From the NCBI GenBank assembly GCA_904063045.1, contig CAJFCJ010000005.1:3342165-3406164 (forward strand): a stretch of 64,000 bases of DNA. Direction: 5' to 3'. This stretch comes from Dimorphilus gyrociliatus. Its lineage: Eukaryota > Animalia > Annelida. The notes beneath the pieces are model-generated. The model searched no databases. It saw only the letters and a program-made list of their open reading frames with translations, and was not told the origin of the DNA. Positions 56,701 to 64,000 of this stretch are shown here, piece after piece. Position numbers and translations under genes: made by a program. The number at the start of each line of letters is the position of its first letter. Positions within the stretch are counted from its first letter, which is position 1.

Positions 56701-57526
56701 CGAGCGGACGTAACTCTTATTACTAAGAATTAGGGGTTTTTTAGGGCACGAGTAATTAAATACATCAACATAGCACAGAACTCTAAGGAAAAAGTATAAA
56801 AGTAGTGAAGAAAGAAAGAGAGGGAGAAAAAAGAAAGAAAAAATAAAAAGAGGGAAAGAGGGAAAAAGCGACATCCAGATAGATAGAAAAAAAAGGGGCG
56901 AGTAAGCGAAAGAGACGCATTTATTTAAGAGAGACGCCACTGAGTCTAGATAGCCATTTATTTCGCAGATGGTAAATTATGATGTTGTTTATCCATCTTA
57001 TTTATTTATCATTGATTTGTATCCAACATTATAGCAATTATTGCACTTATTACAGCTTTCCACCATCAATTAGGTATATACGAAATTAATTAATACAAGC
57101 TTTGATAAAACAGTGCTTCTCAACAGCCTTTTAAACAGAAATATTACCACTAATTGATTAGATAAATTATAAACTAATTCAAGAGGAGAATGTAAGAGAA
57201 GAGACGAAAGGAGGGGGATATATCACATACGTTTTATAATATAACATAATATATACTCGATGTTCTTTTCCTTCTCTTTCTATCAATGTTGATATTATTT
57301 CTCTTTTTCTTCCTAAATTGTAAATAATTACAGGAGAATGGAAAATTCTCAGGCAAGTAAAAGGGAAGAAGTACGAAATTACGAATGGACGGCTACTGCC
57401 GTTAATCAACCGAATACGGATATAGTCTTAAATGAATTATCTCACAATCAAGCGTATCGAACGATGCATTTTTATGATAAACCTTCCAACACTAATTATC
57501 CAGGATCCTGCCTCTTAGTTTGTTAA
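53797..57526 (+). CDS. Type I membrane receptor-like protein: SUEL/Gal-lectin-like, CUB-like, Sushi/CCP, TM, Tyr-containing tail
   Basis: Exons at about 54835-54927 (CPNGEVILVKRAIYGRMK), 55297-55481 (SVLPYLDLICSGHRNCSF...HLNIDYECV), 55698-56046 (CFWSIWAPKDYRIEIQL), 56100-56275 (CPPP...LSCKDNKWRGVPIEC), TM AALPVAIGAGIFIAFVLPAILLFYF at about 56590-56666, and tail to 57526. The 5' exon (signal-like MQDRLGLVVSVCFAVTI, 53797-53848) is tentative. Confidence 0.7.
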
Positions 57527-57765
57527 GAAATAACTAACAAAGAAAAAAAAGTATAAATTAATATATTTATAAAACAATATATGTACACTTATTTTGTTCT
57601 CTTTTTGTTAATATCAATGTACAGGGAATGGAATTCCATTATTCTTCTCATTCTTTTAATTTTTTCAGCCTGTTTCTATATACATTTTATGTATATAATA
57701 TATATATATGTACAATATATATGATATATTTCTTTCTTTCTGTCTCTTCTCTCACTCAATCTCCC

Positions 57766-57803
<38 letters not shown>

Positions 57804-58171
57804 ACTTTCTTCCTTTCTTTTTTGGTCTGCTCTTCTAAATTGTCTATGGGTTTCATCAAATTTACAACTATTCTTTTATCATCGCTATTTAGATTATCTA
57901 TTTTGTTATGCTTTACTTTACTATTCCACAAAAAAGAGCCTAAACCAGAAAGAAGAAAATAACAAGTATATTTTTGTTACTTTTGGACAAACAACAAATA
58001 TAAAAAACGTGTTTTTTTTACAAAATTATATACTATAAAATAAATATGCTGTAAATCTATTAATTTATATTTCTGATTGATTAATTATGAACAAAACAAG
58101 GCAGAAGAATGTAGCAGAGTAGGGATTAAACGAGTATAAGAAGATATTAAGTGTAGCTTAATCTAAAGTAT

Positions 58172-58177
<6 letters not shown>

Positions 58178-58223
<46 letters not shown>

Positions 58224-58250
58224 GGGAGGGAGGGAGGGAAGAGGGAGAGA
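58178..58250. repeat. (GA)n / (GGGA)n microsatellite
   Basis: GA run grading into GGGA units. Confidence 0.9.
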
Positions 58251-58618
58251 CAGAAGAAAACAGAGTAGAAGACAAAATAAAAACAGAAGCCTAAAGTAAA
58301 ATAAAAATTACATTGCGTAAAATTGCTTAAAAGTTTAAACTGCAATTTTATATATTGCAGTAGCTTTTTCTACTGTAAAAACAGATGTAGTTGTTTACTA
58401 ATATAGACAGATAGACAGCAAGAGGGGCGCAAAGGATTTTATATATTTTTCCCCAGGGGTACTATATCGCTGAGGATACATATTTGATTAAAGCCGAATA
58501 AGCTGCACTAAATTGTTAAAACGCTACATATAGGTTTGTTAATTACATCGATGCCAACGCCATCTCTCTCACTAAACAAATAACCAGTTAAACATATACG
58601 ATCGAGCCTAATCAATGC

Positions 58619-58632
58619 ATCTCCATAGCGAT
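58619..58632. promoter_or_regulatory. RFX X-box-like element upstream of the DYDC-like gene
   Basis: ATCTCCATAGCGAT (reverse complement ATCGCTATGGAGAT) resembles the X-box GTTGCYATGGMRAC, about 30 nt upstream of the ATG of a predicted ciliary gene. Confidence 0.4.
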
Positions 58633-58661
58633 ATCTACCTGTTTATCTAGTTTGCCAAAGC

Positions 58662-59621
58662 ATGGAGTCCGTAAGTCCAAAACAGGGTATCCTTAAGGAG
58701 GAATTGGCCACTTTGAGAGCTAAATGGAACTTTAAGATGAAAGAACTCGATTATAAGATGAGAAATGGCACAGAAATTAGTGATTCAGACAGATTATCTG
58801 CTGATAATGCTTATCTAGTACGGCATTTAGGCGATGCTTTAAGTTTAGCAATAAGTGATGTCGTTGAAAAAAGACCAGCGGATCCAATCAGTTTTTTATC
58901 CTGCTGTCTCCGTAAATATGCGGAAGATAAAAGGAAAACCTTCGAAGAAGACGTTCGAAAGTTGGAAATGGAATTAATTCTAGAGGAACAAAATTTAGTA
59001 CGGGAAGAACGCAAGGTTCAAAGAATTGAAGAGGCCGCCTATGAAAAGGAAAACGAGCGGAGAAAGGTGAGAATTTAATTGAAAATTCTAGCATTTAAAC
59101 TATTATCAATGATATTTTATATTTTCTTTCAGATGTTGTATGTTCAAAGGGAACAAGAAATGGAAGCGAGTTTATCGGCTTCTCCAAGGCTATCTGAAGG
59201 ACAATTGGATCACGAAGATGGAGAAAACAACCAGACGCCAATGATAGACGAACCATACCCGTCACCCACTACTAGACGGCGTTCAAACGCCTCAGATTTA
59301 TACACGATTAAGGAAGATGAGAAAAACAATAAAAATTCCAACCAAACAAGCGCAGCAGAAGAAGGGAAGGTTGATAGAGAATTAACAGCAGACGACGCGG
59401 AAGCTATTGAGAAGTCGAAATTGCAGATCGAAGAAGTTAAAGAAGTAACTGACGACCTTATCGCCAATATGTCTTCCGAAAATAGGCAAATTAGCATAGC
59501 GGGGGTCGAGCAAGCGGAACTGGAAGCAATTGCTGAGGTTGAAACTATGGACGAAAACAACAAAGGGGTGGGAGAAGAGAAAGATGAAGGTGAAGAAGCC
59601 GAGGTTGAAGAGAGAAAATAA
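58662..59621 (+). CDS. Dpy-30 motif protein, DYDC1/2-like (radial spoke RSP2-like), 2 exons
   Basis: YLVRHLGDALSLAISDVVEKRPADPISFLSCCLRKY is a Dpy-30/RIIa-type dimerisation motif, followed by a coiled coil and acidic tail; intron at about 59066-59131. Confidence 0.75.
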
Positions 59622-61134
59622 ATCATTAGCGCCAATAGACTAGCATTTTAACAAAGCTTAATAAAAGTAAAAAAATAAACATTAAAAGAGAAAAGTCTTG
59701 TTTTCTAATTAAAAAGATTAATTAGGTCAACTTTAAAAGCAGAAAAAAAAGCAGATTAAATTAAAGTAAAGAGAACTGTAGCGTCTCTCTTTACATGCTC
59801 TCGCATTTTAACAAAAAAAAGGCGATATAGAGACGAGTACGATACGATAAATTTTTTTTAAACGCCATCTATCGAACTAGAGAGTTGAATAAATATGTTT
59901 TGTATTTGATAACTGGAACGAATCTATTTAAACTTTGCACCAAACTCCTAAAAATAAAATGGACAAGACTAGTAAGAAACTAAATTTAGAATAGGCCGTT
60001 AGAAAAGTAATAAAGTAAACAGCATTCATAATACATGATAAGTGTATACAGGGGTAGAGAACAAGTTATAACAAAGGCATTCGACAACTTTGATGGGATT
60101 ATGTGGATTCTCTTAAAACGTATACATAGAATTAAGTATTCTACTTAATGAAGAACTCTTTTGTTATCATTTCTAATACCTTACGAAGCTAATTAATCTC
60201 TTATTATTTTGCTATTAATTTATTTTAAACAAGCTATATTTGTCCTAAAAATTGTACACACAAGCCGTAAAAAGAAAAAAGAGACGGAGGAGGAGGAAGA
60301 TAGGGGAATTTAATACTTCTATGCCTATATAAAATTCTATTTATAATTACGCATTGTCTCAATCTGTTTAATGTCATGAAAAATTATTCAAACTGTTTTC
60401 TATTAAATAGTTAAGTTTTGGATTTAAAAGACAATTGAAGATTTGAAATCCGATGGTTAAGATTTTCACTATATCATCTTCTATTCGCAGTTACTTTTTT
60501 TGTTATATATATTGCTTATACAGTATTAACCAAGTAGGTACTTTATTATTACTATTATTATTATTACTGTATATTCTTTAACCAATTCCCTCATTTAAAT
60601 AGTGAGGGAGAGTCTTATTATTGCTCATTGTAATCACTGTTAGATAATATAAAAAGACAAGACAGTGTTTAATTCTTTTTTACGTCGCATATATTATGCA
60701 GTAAGCTTAGACATATACTCCCCAATATGATTTATATAAGATGTATAAAGCATAGGAATGTCACTACCGGAAGTTCAGTAACAATATGCTAATTAACTTT
60801 TCTCTTGCCAAACGTTTCTTTTAGTTTGCGGCGTCGGAACCGACTTGGTTGGTTTTTTCCTGAAAATTTAATTCTAACTTTAAAGAGAAGGTAAAATAAT
60901 TTGTTAATAGTTTTTTATTTAAATAGTTTTTTTTATTAAAAAAAAGAAAGAAAAACAGAAATTTCTATCATCTTTTTTTCATTTTATAACAATAAAATAG
61001 TAAGAGAAATAGATATAGTAATGGAATATCATGTTTTTTCATCTCTTTTAGTTAATTGTTTAATACGTTGAAAACTATTTGTGTAGTTTTTTTTTAAATA
61101 ACAACAGTAAATAAGTAATAAAAAGTGAAGGATT

Positions 61135-61171
<37 letters not shown>

Positions 61172-61444
61172 CAAACGGAGAAAGCGGAGGAAAGAGATAC
61201 TTTTCAGTTTTCTTTTTTTCCTTCCGTCCAGGAGCGAAACTAAAACATTGTAGTATAATTAGAACATTTTTATTTAACTACTTTAGCAGATAATTTTATT
61301 ATAACTTCCTATCTTGTTTCATTTTCCTTCTTCCCTCTCTACATCTCGCCTAAACCATATTTTTCCTCTTTATGACAATATATATAAATGAAATAGCCTA
61401 CGGAAAATGTCAAACATAATCTATAAAAGTGTTATTTTCTAGTT

Positions 61445-61975
61445 ATGTTTCGTCTCGGGAGTCTCCTAATTCTTGTTCTCATCATGGCGTCCGTGACCAG
61501 TGATGGAGTACCCTTCAGAAGTAAGGAACGTCGGGGCAAAACCCTACTACACAACTTCAACGATGCTAAACCCCCAGTAAGACCAGCCGAATTCAAGTCA
61601 GTGGCCGACTTTAATGATTTTTTTATGAAGTTGAGGGAATATTATTCAATCATTGGCCGACCGCGGTAAGATCTTTTTATCCTCAATTTTCTTCCTTTTT
61701 CTACTTTTTCGATATGAAAGTTATTTATAACTCAATGATGAATATAAGCTTTAATATAAGAAAAGAATTTATACGTCTAATCATGAAAAACATACCAAAG
61801 AATATTGAAAAAGTAGTATTTTGAAAGAATTCTGTTTCCATGCTCATGTAAAATGAGTAAATGTATCAGTATAAATTTATATATATATATATATATATAT
61901 ATACTAGTTTCATTTAACATTTTATAAATAAAATGTATATAAATATTCAGGTTTGGGAGGAGCGTAAAAACTTAA
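61445..61975 (+). CDS. NPF: Neuropeptide F/Y precursor, 2 coding exons (61445-61665, 61951-61975)
   Basis: Signal peptide; PPVRPAEF...LREYYSIIGRPR|FGRSVKT gives GRPRF-amide. The phase-2 intron falls in the Arg codon before Phe, the conserved NPY/NPF intron position. Confidence 0.92.
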
Positions 61976-63367
61976 CAAAATAATCTCATCCACTCATTCG
62001 CTCACTCACTCAATCTCTCTCTCTCTCCTTCTCTCTTTCTCTCTCTCTTCTTTCTCCCTTTCTCTCTCTTTTCTTTTTCACAATATCCTTCTTCAATTCT
62101 CTTTCCTTTGTCATTTTTTTCGTAGCTTTTAGCTTTGTAGCACGCGCACAAGCATTTACACACAAGCACGAGCAATCGCTATGATTCTTTCCAACTTTCC
62201 TTTCTCTCCTTTTCTCTCTCTCTCTCTCGCTCTCAATATCTATTAAGAAGTTTATCAAAACAAAGCAAAGAAATGAGAACTTTTCCTGATAAACTTTACT
62301 GCAAAGAAGGAATAAAAATGTGAAAACAAAATAAATTTTCGTTTGTTTTGAAAGAAATTAAAAGAAATAAACTATCAAGATCAATTGGAAAATAAGAAAA
62401 TACGAGTTAAAATCGTTGTTTTATCTAAAATATAAATATAAAATAATATAGATATAACATATTTATTGATATAACTTTTTGATTTGAAGCAAAGCCTAAT
62501 AAATAACTTCAATAAACCTTCATCAATAATACACGATCATTTTTAGTAGCTTAATTATGGCGCTGGTTAAGTAACCTTCGCTTGTCCAAGTTCATTACAG
62601 TTTCTTTTACCTACTTAAGAATACTTTGACCTTTATAGAAAAAGGAAAAGAAAGAGAAATTTGCGTATTCTTTAAAAATCGTTGTTTCCTTTTTATTGAT
62701 AATTATCTATTTAGTAGGAGAATTTATTTTCATTTTCATAAAAATAAACACATTTATTTGTTGCATTTCTTTTATTCAATATGATATGAAATGTATAATA
62801 AGTATTCAGTTGTAGGCTGATTCTTTTCATGATCAAATTTAGGATCTTTATTTAGTGAATCACACTGAATAGGAGGTTTAAATTTCGGTAAAAAATCAAG
62901 TGTGTTATGTAATAATTCGCCAGAGTAAAACTTCAGTCAAAGGTCAGAAATAGTAATAATCAAGCAAATTTCATAAGAAAATCTCTCATTCTCTATCACA
63001 TGTTATTCTATCTATCAGATAAAATATTTTTCTCATTCATTTAAAATACAGTTTTACAATCATTCTAACTTATTCTCAATCATTCTGCAGTTTTTTTTAT
63101 TGTTCCTGTAACATCTAATTCCGATAAAAACGTTGTCAAATGTGAGAAGAAATGTCACCTTATTTAGCTCATACTGCCAACGTTTACGTATACAGCTTCA
63201 GCTTCGCTTTCATTCGTTACATTTCCATATATAGGTTCCTCTTTGCTAATTTCTCCTTTACCCTCCATTTCTTTGTTAAGGTTTAGTTCTGTCATATCGT
63301 TATTCTTTAATTCTTTGTTTATTTCGTTCAATACCTTTTTTTAATGAAAAGTAATATTATATTTTTT

Positions 63368-64000
63368 TTATGTAGCAGGCATAGTATTGTTACTATTTAT
63401 CTTTATATTTACATCTTTGTAATTTGGTGGTAAATCGGTTATTTTAAATGCATTATTTACGTATAAACTCTCTACATTTGCATCATTTTCCTCTTCTTTT
63501 CCTTTTTTATCTATTGTACTTATTCCTTCAACGTAAACGTTATCACTAGATAAAGGTAAGAGTGAGAAAATTTTCAATTGTGTTAAAGATTACACGTATT
63601 TAATTACTCCTTACATGCGTGGTCCTTGAAGTTTCTTAGGACTATCGGCAGTAACACCTATACCTGCCATACAACAGTTACACCATCCTTTCTTATAGAA
63701 AAAGATTATCAAGAGAATCAGCAAGATAGTTCCAACTGTTGAGAAGGTTAAAAAGCATGGTTAAACCCTCAATAGTTAAGGTTTTTACTAATTTATTTAC
63801 TTACCTATACAAGATACTATTATACCAGCAAGAACGCCATCTGTATTCTTTTTACTCTTGTCAAGTTTTGCACCAAGCAATGGTTGAAATGATGAAGATT
63901 CGATTGTTTTTTCCGTTGACTGTGTCAAAGAATAGCAAGTATGATTATCGGCACCTAATTTCATATTCAGCGGACAAGAGCAAGAGTAGGAACCATAATC
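63368..64000 (-). CDS. 3' part of an EGF-domain single-pass membrane protein (continues beyond the window)
   Basis: DYGSYSCSCPLNMKLGADNHTC (end of an EGF/cEGF-like module), TM GVLAGIIVSC|VGTILLILLIIFFY, juxtamembrane WCNCC, and tail with LPPNY; stop at 63368-63370. Confidence 0.75.

Noticed and set aside
55211-58345. Hydrophobic SLSL/FFL-rich ORFs (55211 N-terminus, 56647-56940, 57628-58038, 58163-58345, 62010-62258)
   Set aside because: Derived from CT/GA microsatellites and pyrimidine tracts, not real membrane proteins.
60590-60612. Small inverted repeat TCCCTCA-N9-TGAGGGA upstream of NPF
   Set aside because: A single short palindrome, not repeated, with no matching known motif or RNA family.

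Overview
AT-rich, gene-dense eukaryotic (animal) genomic DNA with very short GT-AG introns (mostly about 45-80 nt). The gene content (GRPRFamide NPF with the conserved intron, dermatopontin-like, SUEL-CUB-CCP receptor, D-cysteine desulfhydrase) suggests a compact-genome lophotrochozoan, probably an annelid; this is inference. I can support 21 protein-coding genes (the last one partial) and one tRNA-Val(AAC). Recognisable genes are METTL4, a UPF0489/C5orf22-like gene, KIF3A, ADAR2-like, EXTL3, RagC/D, HSPBAP1, an ADAM, eIF3c, VEPH1/melted, DYDC-like and NPF. There is no CRISPR array, rRNA or intact transposon. The most notable items are poorly shown or absent in the ORF track: (1) a 20-exon gene made only of symmetric phase-0 small exons (12-99 nt) encoding a 296-aa basic/coiled-coil protein; (2) a tandem KIF3A duplicate that keeps four intron positions and an open 350-codon frame but has altered all four nucleotide-binding motifs and lacks the stalk (motor-only pseudokinesin); (3) a two-exon orphan secreted 4-Cys peptide precursor; (4) an ADAM with no prodomain; (5) a membrane-anchored UPF0489 protein; (6) a 4xTM2 protein with an upstream AP-1 cluster. 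All exon models were assembled by eye from splice signals and reading frames and need RNA confirmation.
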